From NCBI GenBank assembly GCA_965198235.1, contig OZ240248.1, forward strand, positions 832,001 through 896,000: 64,000 nucleotides of DNA, given 5' to 3'. This document shows, piece by piece, positions 1-10,151 of this stretch (the first letter of the stretch is position 1; each line of letters starts with the position of its first letter). The notes beneath the pieces are model-generated. The model was not told the origin of the DNA and searched no databases. It saw only the letters and a list, made by a program, of their open reading frames with translations. Position numbers and translations under genes: made by a program. This DNA is from Candidatus Poribacteria bacterium. GTDB taxonomy: Bacteria; Poribacteria; WGA-4E; WGA-3G.

Positions 1-1238
1 AACGCTTCACCCACATCAGCACCACCTTGAATACCTTCGTGCGCAGCTATGACACCACCTTCGGTCGGAACACGTTCATTGCTCATTGGCGGATCCGTAG
101 CCTCATCCAAACCGAGCGGTCCCGGAATATCGGAAGCCATTTCTGTGTTATCTTCACTACCAGCGTCATAAGACATCAGCTCGAGACTCGCTGAAACAGG
201 GTCACCATTTTCATCAAAGAGCGGCACGTCAACAGCGGCGATGAATGCATCGTTAGTTGACACGAGCATTGAACCGACAGAAAGCGAAGAGTTCACCATA
301 TCAGCCGTTACAGTAACGGTGGCGGATCCACCGGGGATGACGTTGCCATCAGCGAGCATGACGTTCGCACCAGCAGCGGCTGCGATTGCGGCGAGACCTG
401 AAGTATCCCCATTTTCAGCAAGTGCCACAAGTGCTTCACTTGCGGGTTGGCCGACTTCGGAAATCTTTACGCCTCCAGGATGTGCTGCGAAGATGGGTGC
501 CGAAAGGACTTGTCCACCCGCTCCGGGTTCACCAGTGGTGAGGTTCGTGAGGGTAATCTCGAACATCTGGCTCACCGGCATCTCAGGAGCAGCATCATCG
601 GCAGCGGTATCATCTGTGGCTGCGTCATCAGCAGTATCATCCGTGGCTGCGTCATCAGCAGTATCATCCGTGGCTGCATCATCAGCAGTATCATCCGTGG
701 CTGCATCATCAGTGGTATCATCAGCAGCCGCATCTTCGGCGGGTGCTGGACCCGCACCATCGACGGTAACCACACCATCCGCAGTTGTGACTTCTAATGC
801 AGCAGCAGCGGCATCAGAGAGAAGAACACCCGTTAAACTGATAGCGGATGCTTTCGCTTCAATGACTTCAAATGTTACCGTAGCGAGCGTACCATCCATA
901 TCTGCTGCAGGAGTCGCTCCACCAGCACTAACTAAGACGCTGGCATCAGCTGGTTTTATAATCGGAAACGCGCCTGCGGGCAGGTAGTCGGCGTTCTCAG
1001 CAGAAACATATTTGAGCGCAGTCGGATCGAAGTTTACGGTTGCTTGGTAGCCCACGACCCCTTCGCCGCCCATTATAGTGATACTCACCATGAGTTCTTC
1101 CCCGGCTGCTGGGGATTCTACTTCAGCTGGGTCCACAGAGACGACGGCTGCACCGTAACTCATGGCTGTAAACCCTAAACACATTACAACAGCTAATAAG
1201 GAAAAAAGGACTTTCCTGTTAAAAAGCTGGTCTTTCAT
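1..1238 (-). CDS. Secreted protein, partial (runs off the window start): cohesin-like domain + acidic repeat linker + Spondin_N-like domain
   Basis: Manual translation from ATG 1238 (RBS AAGGAG): MKDQLFNRKVLFSLLAVVMCLGFTAMSYGA signal peptide; cohesin-like GYQATVNFDPTALKYVSAENADYLP; (DDAATDDTA)n linker; Spondin_N-like FEITLTNLT...LAENGD...SMLVSTNDAF...YDAGSEDNTE. Absent from the ORF track because it has no stop in the window. Confidence 0.85.
   Translation of the reverse strand, partial: MKDQLFNRKVLFSLLAVVMCLGFTAMSYGAAVVSVDPAEVESPAAGEELMVSITIMGGEGVVGYQATVNFDPTALKYVSAENADYLPAGAFPIIKPADASVLVSAGGATPAADMDGTLATVTFEVIEAKASAISLTGVLLSDAAAAALEVTTADGVVTVDGAGPAPAEDAAADDTTDDAATDDTADDAATDDTADDAATDDTADDAATDDTAADDAAPEMPVSQMFEITLTNLTTGEPGAGGQVLSAPIFAAHPGGVKISEVGQPASEALVALAENGDTSGLAAIAAAAGANVMLADGNVIPGGSATVTVTADMVNSSLSVGSMLVSTNDAFIAAVDVPLFDENGDPVSASLELMSYDAGSEDNTEMASDIPGPLGLDEATDPPMSNERVPTEGGVIAAHEGIQGGADVGEA
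595..730 (-). repeat. 27-bp coding tandem repeat (~4-5 units) encoding DDAATDDTA
   Basis: Repeated tcatcagcagtatcatccgtggctgc(g/a) units read directly. Confidence 0.9.
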
Positions 1239-1263
1239 AAGACACTCCTTAATAATTAATTCA

Positions 1264-1391
1264 TAGGACTTACGCAGATAGGCGATAAAGAGTTTCCTGA
1301 CTACCAACAAATACACCTTGAAACGACGTGTGTTTCTCAAAAGCGGCGTGGTTCATAGTAGCACAATTTATTGCGCATTGCGTAAGTCCTG
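1264..1391. mobile_element. MITE with 13-bp terminal inverted repeats (IS701-type)
   Basis: taggacttacgca...tgcgtaagtcctg; the same ends occur at 53772-53882 and on the transposase remnant ending at 54861. Confidence 0.8.
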
Positions 1392-1823
1392 TAATTTATT
1401 TATATTTTGACATCCCTTACCTTTCGGTAAAGATTATAGCCGTTGTGTAGAACTTACAGAAATCCGTAGATTTCCTGTCTGACTTCCTGTTTCAACGTCC
1501 GTTGCCTCCGAATGAGGTCTTACACGGACTCCACAAGCGTTTTACGTCTCCTCGCAACTCGTGGCGACGGTTTAAGGGTTAAGGATTTATAGAAATTTTG
1601 ACTGGAGTTGGGCTTGTGATAAAGCCACTGGGGTTAATTCCAGCCACCTTTTTTCTCTTGTTTTCTTCGGTTTTCTATAGAAAATTCACTACTGCACATC
1701 AGCCCCTCGTTTGACAAAAGATTTCAACCGTAATCAATATGGGAGATTCTTCCGCACCAGCGCATCGGAATCAGAGCGCAAGGTGAGTCTCTCAAATGGG
1801 ACTTTTTTTAAGGTTAAAAGATA

Positions 1824-1852
1824 AGTTTATCCTAATTTTAAAACGTTGTCAA
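1824..1852 (-). promoter_or_regulatory. sigma70-like promoter upstream of the cohesin/Spondin gene
   Basis: Minus strand TTGACA-17 bp-TAAACT. Confidence 0.5.
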
Positions 1853-1966
1853 ATCAAATTCGGTTCAAATTTAGATAATTTTCCGTAAATTAGGAAATTA
1901 GGCGAACGGACCCTTTGTTATTTTAAGTATAGCATAAACACCAAAACAAAACAAATTAAAAATAGC

Positions 1967-2599
1967 CTACTGGGTTACGCGGGGAGCAAGCGCATTCCAG
2001 ACATCACCTAATTCAGCGACAGCCTTGTAAACTGGATAGATGGCTTCCCACATTGCTTTACGCGCCGCGGTGGCAGCGTCCGCGTCATCCTCAGCGAGTG
2101 CTGTTTTAAGTTGAGTGCCCATTTCCTGTTGAACTGCTGCACAGGTGCGGGTAAGTTCTTCCAACAATTGTGCGGCATGTATCTGGCGCGCAACGAGTTC
2201 CGCTACTGACACTTGCATATCCGGTTCAACATCGTAAGCACGAGGCGGGGCGAAATTGTGCGGTAGTCGTTCGCCTTCTTCTGTACGTGGCGTGTGCGTG
2301 GGGTGGATATGTGGCGTAACAGACAGATACATTGTCATAGGTTCATCACCGAGAACCCGCACTGTATGTGGCTGGTCTGCTATAGCGACACACATCTGTC
2401 CTGGTCCCAACTCTTCAGTTTCGCCATCAATCTCAAACTCGACGCGCCCTTCCAGAATTAGGAAAATTTCATGCCCCAAGTCATGACTATGAAGTTGGGC
2501 ACTCTGCCCAGGCTCCATCCTTAAAAACCGAGAGCGAATTTGCGGTGTCACCAACACATTCCGTATATCTGTGCGGTAATCGTAAACTGGAAATCCCAT
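1967..2599 (-). CDS. Cupin-domain protein with C-terminal helical extension
   Basis: HSHDLGHEIFLILEG and PHTV cupin motifs; start moved to ATG 2599, which has RBS GGAGG. Confidence 0.85.
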   Translation of the reverse strand: MGFPVYDYRTDIRNVLVTPQIRSRFLRMEPGQSAQLHSHDLGHEIFLILEGRVEFEIDGETEELGPGQMCVAIADQPHTVRVLGDEPMTMYLSVTPHIHPTHTPRTEEGERLPHNFAPPRAYDVEPDMQVSVAELVARQIHAAQLLEELTRTCAAVQQEMGTQLKTALAEDDADAATAARKAMWEAIYPVYKAVAELGDVWNALAPRVTQ

Positions 2600-2763
2600 T
2601 GTATGCCTCCATGGATTTTTGACATAAATATACAATGTCCCGTGAAAATTGGCAAGGCAAATTAGGAGATCGGCGTACTTTTCTCTTGACACGCTTTATA
2701 ATCATGATAAAATGTTGGCAAAAGACATAACACCTCATTTCTTGAACTGGAAGGACATAAATT

Positions 2764-4047
2764 ATGGATTTGACACGCCAACCACCACGTCGCCCTTCAA
2801 ATCTCGGAACCGCTGGGATTGTAGGTGTGGCACGGATGACAGACAAGGCACGCGCACATAACGCGGAAACTCTTGGTGATTATATCTACGGCGAGAGTTC
2901 TGGTTTGGATCAGCGCGTCTTAACGTTTTTAGGGATTTCCGCCGACGCTTACGCCGAAGCAGTTGACGAATACGACGATGCTGCGCTCGGGCACTGGGTA
3001 CTTGAAACAAGCGGAAAAACAGCAGCAGAGATTGCCGAGTTTAACGACGCTGCCCTCAGCCAACTGCCCGATACCGAAGGACACAAACAACGTTTGAAAG
3101 ACCGGATCGCTCGCTTCGCCCCAGGCAGAACCGACATTACAACGGTATTACAGTCCATGGAACTCGACGATTGGGGAAGCTTCTGGCAGGTCGACCTGAC
3201 TGCCGGACCGCCATGCAGTGCGCGCTCTAAAGACATCGCTGGCATTTGTGGTGTCGCACGGATGACAGACAAAGGGCGCGCTGAGCGTGCAGGAAAAATC
3301 GGTGAGTACCTATACGGCGACGATTCCGGGCAAGATGTACGTATTTTAGCGTTCCTCGGTATTTCAGCTGCAGATTTTCAGGAAGCAGCGGTCAACAACC
3401 CGAATAACCTCGAACTCGGGGCATGGGTCCTGGAAAACTGCGGTAAATCGCAGGACGAGATTGATGAATTCAACGAAACGTTGGTAAACTATGGACCCAA
3501 CGAAGCAACACGGGAACGGTTTGAAGCGCGATGTCAAGAAGTAGATCCGACCCGCACAGACATCACCACGTGGGTAGCACTTCAGGACGCGGACGATCAG
3601 TTGAGTTTCGGTATTGTCGACCTCAACCGCCGCGCACCACGGAGCCCCTACAACATGGATGTCTACGGAATGGTTCAGCTCGCACGGTTGATTGACAAAG
3701 GCAGAGCATTCAATGGCAACACACTCGGTGCTTATTTTTATGGTGAAGATTCCGGGATTGACCGAGCAACACTCGCTTTCCTTGGTATATCCGCAGCAGA
3801 ATTTAATGAAGCATTGAAAACTTTGGCAACCGATACAGAGGTTGAGGCGTGGCTGAAGGCAAATCATCCGAAAAGCGAAGCAGAGATTGAAGCCTATAAC
3901 GAACGCATGAAGCAAATGGGTCCTACAACTGAAAGACACAAGGCAATGATGGCGAAGATGCTCAGCCGGATCGCTCCAGAGCGTACGGACATCAATACAT
4001 GGTTCGCACTGATGGACCTTGATGATGAGAAGACTTTTGCGTTGTAA
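2764..4047 (+). CDS. Protein with three tandem DUF5069-like domains
   Basis: Three ~140-aa repeats: DL..PPR/S....G...ARxxDKxRA...G.Y.YG.xSGxD...L.FLGIS...EI.EFN...RTDI.TW...D.DD. Confidence 0.8.
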   Translation: MDLTRQPPRRPSNLGTAGIVGVARMTDKARAHNAETLGDYIYGESSGLDQRVLTFLGISADAYAEAVDEYDDAALGHWVLETSGKTAAEIAEFNDAALSQLPDTEGHKQRLKDRIARFAPGRTDITTVLQSMELDDWGSFWQVDLTAGPPCSARSKDIAGICGVARMTDKGRAERAGKIGEYLYGDDSGQDVRILAFLGISAADFQEAAVNNPNNLELGAWVLENCGKSQDEIDEFNETLVNYGPNEATRERFEARCQEVDPTRTDITTWVALQDADDQLSFGIVDLNRRAPRSPYNMDVYGMVQLARLIDKGRAFNGNTLGAYFYGEDSGIDRATLAFLGISAAEFNEALKTLATDTEVEAWLKANHPKSEAEIEAYNERMKQMGPTTERHKAMMAKMLSRIAPERTDINTWFALMDLDDEKTFAL

Positions 4048-4147
4048 ACAGGACATCGAGAAATTGACAAAGCTGTCAGCACGTCCGGTTTGTGACAGGC
4101 AGGCAGCTTCCTTTGTTTTGGTGTAGCCTCTCCATGGAGCGTGAACA

Positions 4148-5413
4148 ATGAAAAATCTCGAAGCGATTGCGGATGTTCGTTCTGGAAAAAGGACAGTTGC
4201 CAACGCCGCGTGGTGGGGATTCGACCCAGAAGACGCAACCGTGGAATTGCAAGCGGCAATTGACTCTGGTGCGAAACGGGTAGTTGTCCCGAATATGCAC
4301 ACCGATTGGATAATCCAGCCGATTAAACTTGTGGGAAACCAAGAGTTGATTTTTGAGCGCGGGACAGTCGTCACAGCAAAACGGGGTGAGTATCGCGGCA
4401 GAGGTGATTCGATGTTCACCGCACCAGACGTTGAGAATCTCACCATCCGTGGCTACGGCGCAACTTTTCGTATGTGGAAACAGGATTATATCAATGGGCT
4501 TGTACTCGAACAGTTTGGCTGGCACCGCTGGTATGGACAGTACCCAAAGGCGGAGTGGCGCATGACCTTGTCAATTCGAGGTAGTAAAAACGTGAATGTG
4601 TCCGGCTTGACGCTCAAAGATAGCGGTGGAGACGGCATCTACGTTGATGGCGGCACAGAACGAAAGGCTTCCGAAAATGTGGTCTTACGTGACATTGTTT
4701 GCGATAACCATTATCGGCAGGGTATCAGTGTTATTAGTGCTGAAAACCTCAAGGTCGAGAACTGTACGTTTTCAAATACCTGGGGAACGCCACCAGCATC
4801 AGGTGTGGACATTGAACCGGATAAAAGCGAGCAGCGAATAAAAAATACAGTATTCTCCGGATGCCAGTTTATTGATAACGTCGGTGACGGCATTGAAGTG
4901 TTCTTAGCACATACCACCGACGAAACCGATGACGTGACGCTGTGCTTCGAGAATTGCTACATCAGCAGTAAACACGGAACGGGGATCCGCGTGTCAAAAA
5001 TTGGAGACAACGGTCCCGGTGGCAGTATCAAATTTGATAATTGCATGGTTGAAAACACCGTCGGTTACGGCATCAAAGTTCAGGAAAAGTCGTTGAAAGG
5101 GGCACGGGTGAGGTTCACCGATTGTAAGGTCATCCATGCTGCCACTGATCGGCAGTTCGGCGGCGAATGGTCACCGATTTCGTTGTCCCTGCCAAAACCG
5201 GAGTTGGTCCAGACGATGGGCGGTATTGATTTTATCAACTGCTTTGTCGAGGACAATCGCGAACGTCCTGCCATCGAATTCACGCAACCGGAGAGTGATT
5301 TCCCACTTCATGACATCACAGGAACTATCACGGTGTTGAACCCAAACGGTGTCTGTGCCGAGTTAGGTAAAGACCGCGAGAAACTTCCGCTGATTGTCAA
5401 GGAATATCAATAG
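4148..5413 (+). CDS. Right-handed parallel beta-helix (pectin lyase-like fold) protein
   Basis: DATVELQAAIDSG N-terminus and repeated GDGIYV / RQGISV / SGVDIEP / GDGIEV coils. Confidence 0.8.
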   Translation: MKNLEAIADVRSGKRTVANAAWWGFDPEDATVELQAAIDSGAKRVVVPNMHTDWIIQPIKLVGNQELIFERGTVVTAKRGEYRGRGDSMFTAPDVENLTIRGYGATFRMWKQDYINGLVLEQFGWHRWYGQYPKAEWRMTLSIRGSKNVNVSGLTLKDSGGDGIYVDGGTERKASENVVLRDIVCDNHYRQGISVISAENLKVENCTFSNTWGTPPASGVDIEPDKSEQRIKNTVFSGCQFIDNVGDGIEVFLAHTTDETDDVTLCFENCYISSKHGTGIRVSKIGDNGPGGSIKFDNCMVENTVGYGIKVQEKSLKGARVRFTDCKVIHAATDRQFGGEWSPISLSLPKPELVQTMGGIDFINCFVEDNRERPAIEFTQPESDFPLHDITGTITVLNPNGVCAELGKDREKLPLIVKEYQ

Positions 5414-5460
5414 GACGTTGGGCACCGCCCAACCTAACCTACGTATTAGGATTCAGAACT

Positions 5461-6291
5461 ATGTCAAAAGAACAAGCACTTCCCGCTGAACCTCTACCTC
5501 CAGACACTTTGAACGCCATTTTGGAGGATTTCTATCAAAACGGTGTGACGATTGTCCGAAATGTGCTCTCACGCGAAGAGTGCGAGCGGATAGTTGAGCG
5601 TGTTGACGAAATCTTCGCCGAGCCTTACTTCATGCAGATGCGCAACGTCAAAGGTACTCGGCAAGATGGTAAAGACCCTATCGTGGTTCATCGCCTCTTT
5701 GAATGCGACCTCATATTCCGGGACCTGCTGGTGCGAGAACCGATTATCGGCATTGCCGAAAGCGTATTAGGTGAGCACTGCCACTGTATCGCTCAAGGGT
5801 GTATCCTCAACCGAAAAGATTTAGGGATCAACCGCTTTCACATCGACGATGGCGTGGAATTTCCGATCACACCGGAAATGGAACGTCACGATCCGAGATT
5901 ACGTATGCCTGTGCTTCGTATGTCCGTGCAAATCGCACTGACCGACCAGGATGAGGTCAAATACGGTCCGTCCCAATTCGTCCCCAGTAGCCACTACTCT
6001 GGACGACAACCCGATGATTCGGAACACCCAACCTTTGATGGTAAAGCACCTGTTTCACTCCTCATGAAAGCTGGTGATCTCTACCTGCTCAATGGACAGA
6101 CTTGGCATCGAGGTGCGCCAAACCAGACAGATCGGGTCCGTTATCTATTCCACCAAGTCTACGGGCAACGCTTTGTTGCCCAGCGGTTCTGGCCGTATCT
6201 AAACTACCGTATGCCCGACTACGTTTTGGAAGGTGCTGATGAACGCCTGCTCCGTGTTCTTGGGAAACACCCTGAAATGGCTTATGGATAA
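5461..6291 (+). CDS. Phytanoyl-CoA dioxygenase (PhyH) family Fe/2OG dioxygenase
   Basis: HID (HxD) motif; MKAGDLYLLNGQTWHRGAPN...R. Confidence 0.9.
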   Translation: MSKEQALPAEPLPPDTLNAILEDFYQNGVTIVRNVLSREECERIVERVDEIFAEPYFMQMRNVKGTRQDGKDPIVVHRLFECDLIFRDLLVREPIIGIAESVLGEHCHCIAQGCILNRKDLGINRFHIDDGVEFPITPEMERHDPRLRMPVLRMSVQIALTDQDEVKYGPSQFVPSSHYSGRQPDDSEHPTFDGKAPVSLLMKAGDLYLLNGQTWHRGAPNQTDRVRYLFHQVYGQRFVAQRFWPYLNYRMPDYVLEGADERLLRVLGKHPEMAYG

Positions 6292-6458
6292 ATTTAACCC
6301 AATTTGCCTCCTAAATAAAAAAGTTTTGCTTTCATCTTGATTTATCTCTTAAATTATGCTATCGTTATCATATTAGGACTATAGATTATAAATTATCATA
6401 CACATAAAATTGTCCTCACACAATTTTAGTGATCGAAAAAATCTAAAGGAGTCTTATC

Positions 6459-6764
6459 ATGTTTATTGAGATCATCAATCAAGATGGGGGGTATAAATCT
6501 TCCTATCGAGGGATGGTGAATATTCAGTATGTCCACCAGATTAAGATAATCAAAGGGAGGCATCGTTCGTACGAGTTGCATATTAATCTGTCAAATTCGC
6601 CCAGCATAGAGTTACCCGGTACGAAAGAAGAATGCGAGCGATTTTACGATCAGTTGCAACAGGTATTGAAAACGCATGAACAATTATCCACAACTGACAC
6701 GCTTACTTTCCCACCGCGGTTGTCGTCAAAACCACTGGTAGATGAGGATGTAGAGAAGGTATGA
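6459..6764 (+). CDS. Hypothetical protein
   Basis: 101-aa ORF with RBS AAGGAG; no family recognised. Confidence 0.6.
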   Translation: MFIEIINQDGGYKSSYRGMVNIQYVHQIKIIKGRHRSYELHINLSNSPSIELPGTKEECERFYDQLQQVLKTHEQLSTTDTLTFPPRLSSKPLVDEDVEKV

Positions 6765-6788
6765 CTAGGAACAAAGGAAATACGGTAT

Positions 6789-7165
6789 ATGTCTCAACTC
6801 ATCACCGACCTAAACCAGTTGACTCCCAAACGCCTCACCGATTATTGCGTCAATTACGGACTTGCGTTTAACCGAGGAATAAAAGAGTACACTTTGGACA
6901 ATCTTCATCACAAATTATTAAATTATTAAAGAAAATATGATATAAAAAGCACACCATTTCCTTTGAAAATCCTGATCAGTTTGAGCCAGACGAGACGATT
7001 TATATTTATTTCATAGACCCTGCAAAAATCTCAGAGAACAAGAAAATCTACATCGATCCGTGGCAGGTTGCTGTAACCGAGGATGAGATAACGCCTGACA
7101 AGATTGAAACTTATAAATCTGCCGCCCTGTGGAAATACTATCGTCTTGTCAATAAATTTGATTGA
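6789..7165 (+). pseudogene. Gene debris (short fragments)
   Basis: ATG with RBS gives MSQLITDLNQLTPKRLTD..GIKEYTLDN, then a start-less ~75-codon open frame ending at 7164. Confidence 0.35.
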
Positions 7166-7228
7166 CACAGTTGAAGCCAAATGGGGTTCAGTCATAATGT
7201 CGGAGAACACCCCAAAGGAGATAACATA

Positions 7229-8233
7229 ATGTTTATCGCAACTTACAACGCTATCTATGCCGTTGGAGATGATGGAAATAGTGAACCTACCTTAGTCTAT
7301 GAAGGCACGCTCGGCGGAATGGCACCTCATGGTGCGATGGTTTCACTGTCAAGCGGCGAAGCCGTGGTGTCTGCCTTGTCGGATGGAACGCTACTGGTTT
7401 TATCGGAGAATGACGAGAAACGAATTCCAACAGGTATAGAGGATCCAATCGCTTCGTTGCTCGTTGTTCGTGAGAATCCGTTGACGCTGCTCATCGGAAC
7501 AGATGAGGGTGCTTATGTCTATCGCCTCGTTGGAGAAGAGGGACCAGCTGCACGGGTCGTCGCGTTTGACGAATTAGAATGTCGGAAAGATTGGTATACA
7601 CCGTGGGGCGGCCCACCAGCCGTGCGGACTTTTGCCAAAACCCAAGACGGTTTTTGTTACGCAGATATCCATGTTGGAAGTATCATGCGTTCCCCCGATG
7701 AGGGGATTTCATGGGAACCTGTCACGCCAGACCTCAATAAAGATGTCCATCAGGTCGCTACGTGTCCTGCGGACGATCATCAAGTTTATGCGAACACCGC
7801 TAATGGTGTTTATATCAGTACAGATCGTGGAAACTCATGGGAACATCGGCTTCAAGGTTTACCTCGTCGCTACGGCACCGCTATTGCTGTACATCCAACA
7901 GACCCAGACCTACTGATCGCCACAGTCCAAAACGGACCGAGAGGCGGTGGGGCTTGGCTTTGTCGTTCGGAGAGTGGCGGCGCGACGTGGACTCAACTCA
8001 ACGATCAACTCACAGAATCCACCGATCGGATTAGCACGGGCTATGTTGCGTTTACATCCGATGGAACAGCGTGGGCAGTCATCGGAAAGACGCTTTACAT
8101 CGGTCAGCATCAAGCCACGGATTGGAATGCTTTCTGGACAGTCCCCGAATACGATGGTGTGTATCAGCCACCTTCCGACGATTTTTCTTTATCTTACCTT
8201 CTTGAACATCCGATCCAAACCCTTGCTGTTTAG
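7229..8233 (+). CDS. BNR/Asp-box beta-propeller protein (YCF48/sialidase-like fold)
   Basis: Asp boxes RSPDEGISW, STDRGNSW, RSESGGATW; ATG 7229 follows AAGGAG. Confidence 0.85.
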   Translation: MFIATYNAIYAVGDDGNSEPTLVYEGTLGGMAPHGAMVSLSSGEAVVSALSDGTLLVLSENDEKRIPTGIEDPIASLLVVRENPLTLLIGTDEGAYVYRLVGEEGPAARVVAFDELECRKDWYTPWGGPPAVRTFAKTQDGFCYADIHVGSIMRSPDEGISWEPVTPDLNKDVHQVATCPADDHQVYANTANGVYISTDRGNSWEHRLQGLPRRYGTAIAVHPTDPDLLIATVQNGPRGGGAWLCRSESGGATWTQLNDQLTESTDRISTGYVAFTSDGTAWAVIGKTLYIGQHQATDWNAFWTVPEYDGVYQPPSDDFSLSYLLEHPIQTLAV

Positions 8234-8319
8234 CAAATCATTTTGGTTGGTGTTTCAGAATCTGACGCATCTTAAGTATTCCTGAAACACCTAACAGAAA
8301 TGAGGTAGATCCCCTGATA

Positions 8320-8598
8320 CAATATGCCAAAGACTTTCTTATATTACAAATTAGATTCGCCCAGAAAATCGCCGAAGTCTCCCATCAGGCTTTGGAAGAT
8401 GTGCTAATAGACTACACAATCTTGCGAACTCTGTTCAACTTGCGAGTCTCCCATGACATTTCCAACCCACTATGGGATGCGTTTATTGAAGGTCTTTGCA
8501 CGTCCGATACCTCTGAAGATTGGACATACGACTTCTATCTCCAGCGAATGGCTGTGGAGTCAGCCCCTTCCGACGAGCGGCAATTTTTTTTGTTTTGA
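8320..8598 (+). pseudogene. Truncated hypothetical gene fragment
   Basis: Protein-like open frame (FAQKIAEVSHQALEDVL...PLWDAFIEGL) without a good start, ending at a T-run. Confidence 0.35.
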
Positions 8599-8636
8599 AT
8601 CTTGCTAAGAAATTTTGATATTTTTTGCAGATTTTT

Positions 8637-8737
8637 TTGACTTTCACGGAAATTGTGGGTATAATTAATACAATTCGTGCAATTATCTGCGAATTTATCG
8701 CGATTTTTTTGACTTCCGCGAGAATTTTGTGTATAAT
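8637..8737 (+). promoter_or_regulatory. Two tandem near-consensus sigma70 promoters
   Basis: TTGACT-17-TATAAT at 8637-8665 and again at 8709-8737. Confidence 0.75.
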
Positions 8738-8742
8738 TAAAA

Positions 8743-8761
8743 GATAATGAGATTCGTTATC
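8743..8761. promoter_or_regulatory. Fur box
   Basis: GATAATGAGATTCGTTATC versus consensus GATAATGATAATCATTATC; overlaps the predicted transcription start of the second promoter. Confidence 0.8.
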
Positions 8762-8823
8762 AATTTTTTAGAACGTAATCTCCAAAAATATTCAGAATTT
8801 CATTCTACCGAGCAACCAATTAT

Positions 8824-8842
8824 GATAATGAGTCTCAATATC
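8824..8842. promoter_or_regulatory. Fur box
   Basis: GATAATGAGTCTCAATATC upstream of the porin gene. Confidence 0.75.
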
Positions 8843-8860
8843 GTAATTTAAATTGTGTTT

Positions 8861-10120
8861 ATGAAGAAACAATTGGCTAATTCTATAAAATTTCTCGCGG
8901 TTTGCGGAATGTTTATTTCACTAAGTGTTAATGTTATCGCTGAATTGAATCCATTCTCGGTTTCTGGATACGGGGTGATTAACTACTCCCACTTCGATTG
9001 GGAACTCGACCCAGATAGGCGTGCCGCTATTGATGTGGAACGCTTCGTCATCGCGCCGAAATACCGTATCAATGATACCATCCGACTTGAATCGGAACTT
9101 GAGTTCGAGCATGGCGGCACCGGCAGCACGATGGAATTCGACAAATTTGAAGAGTTCGGCGAATTTGAGACAGAGATCGAAAAAGGCGGCGAAGTTATCG
9201 TCGAAAAACTTGCCGCTGTCTTCTCCTTTCAGCCATCCTTCAACCTCCGTGTTGGGCATATCATAGTCCCAATAGGACTCGTCGCAAAACGGCATCGACC
9301 GCAACACTACTTTACGACAACGCGTCCTGAAACGGAGATACATCTCATTCCAACTATCTGGCACGAAACCGGTATCGAAATTTTTGGAGCACTCGGTCCG
9401 CTGAAGTACCAAGCACAAATTGTCAACGGCTTGGATTCAACGGGTTTTAGTTCCCGACACTGGATCGTTCGCGGGCATCAATTGCGATTTGAAACTGTAA
9501 ACGCTGAGGCACCCGCATTCGTCGGACGACTCGATTATACGTTCCATGAAAACGCGACCGTCGGTATTTCCGGCTACTACGGAGACACCGCAGCGAACCG
9601 ACCAAAACCTGACGTAGACTTCGATGCGCATGTCGGGATTGTGAGTTTTCATGGATTTTATGAAGTAAATGCAGTGAAGGTCCGAGGATTGTTCCTCTGG
9701 GGGGCACTCGAAAATGCTGATCAGTTGTCTAAGGTCAACCGGACCCTCTCCAATAATCTCAATGCAAAGCGAACACCGATAGGAAGTTCAGCCGTAGGTT
9801 GGTACATCGAGGCAGGTTACGATATCCTATCATTTTTCAGGCAACCAAATAACAGTGTGGAACATCGAGATCTAAAGGAAACTCATCCAGATAAGGTCTT
9901 AGATGTCTTCGCCCGTTACGACTTCTACGACACGATGGCGAGTGTTGAAGGTATTATCTTCGATAACCCGCGGTGGGAAAGAACCACGTGGACTTTTGGG
10001 ATTAATTACCACGTCCACCCACAACTCGTTTTCAAGAGCCATTACTCACTGCGGCGGTTAGCAACAATGGACAAAAACAAGGAAAATACCTTTGCACTCG
10101 GCTTCGGTTTTCAATACTAA
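8861..10120 (+). CDS. Outer-membrane porin-like beta-barrel of iron-uptake loci
   Basis: Signal peptide, ELEFEHGG motif, IPTIWHETG, C-terminal FGFQY; sits next to imelysin. Confidence 0.8.
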   Translation: MKKQLANSIKFLAVCGMFISLSVNVIAELNPFSVSGYGVINYSHFDWELDPDRRAAIDVERFVIAPKYRINDTIRLESELEFEHGGTGSTMEFDKFEEFGEFETEIEKGGEVIVEKLAAVFSFQPSFNLRVGHIIVPIGLVAKRHRPQHYFTTTRPETEIHLIPTIWHETGIEIFGALGPLKYQAQIVNGLDSTGFSSRHWIVRGHQLRFETVNAEAPAFVGRLDYTFHENATVGISGYYGDTAANRPKPDVDFDAHVGIVSFHGFYEVNAVKVRGLFLWGALENADQLSKVNRTLSNNLNAKRTPIGSSAVGWYIEAGYDILSFFRQPNNSVEHRDLKETHPDKVLDVFARYDFYDTMASVEGIIFDNPRWERTTWTFGINYHVHPQLVFKSHYSLRRLATMDKNKENTFALGFGFQY

Positions 10121-10151
10121 TACACGCATCGCGTGTATTCAAAAATAAAAG

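Noticed and set aside
241-987. 248-aa Ser/Ala-rich plus-strand ORF
   Set aside because: Antisense shadow of the minus-strand cohesin/Spondin gene, which has an RBS, signal peptide and recognisable domains.
1500-1580. c-di-GMP-I riboswitch in the long leader
   Set aside because: Only a vague TAAACC...GAGACGTAAAAC resemblance; P1/P2 and the tetraloop receptor could not be built.
3364-4446. 360-aa minus-strand ORF
   Set aside because: Antisense to two well-supported genes; non-protein-like composition.
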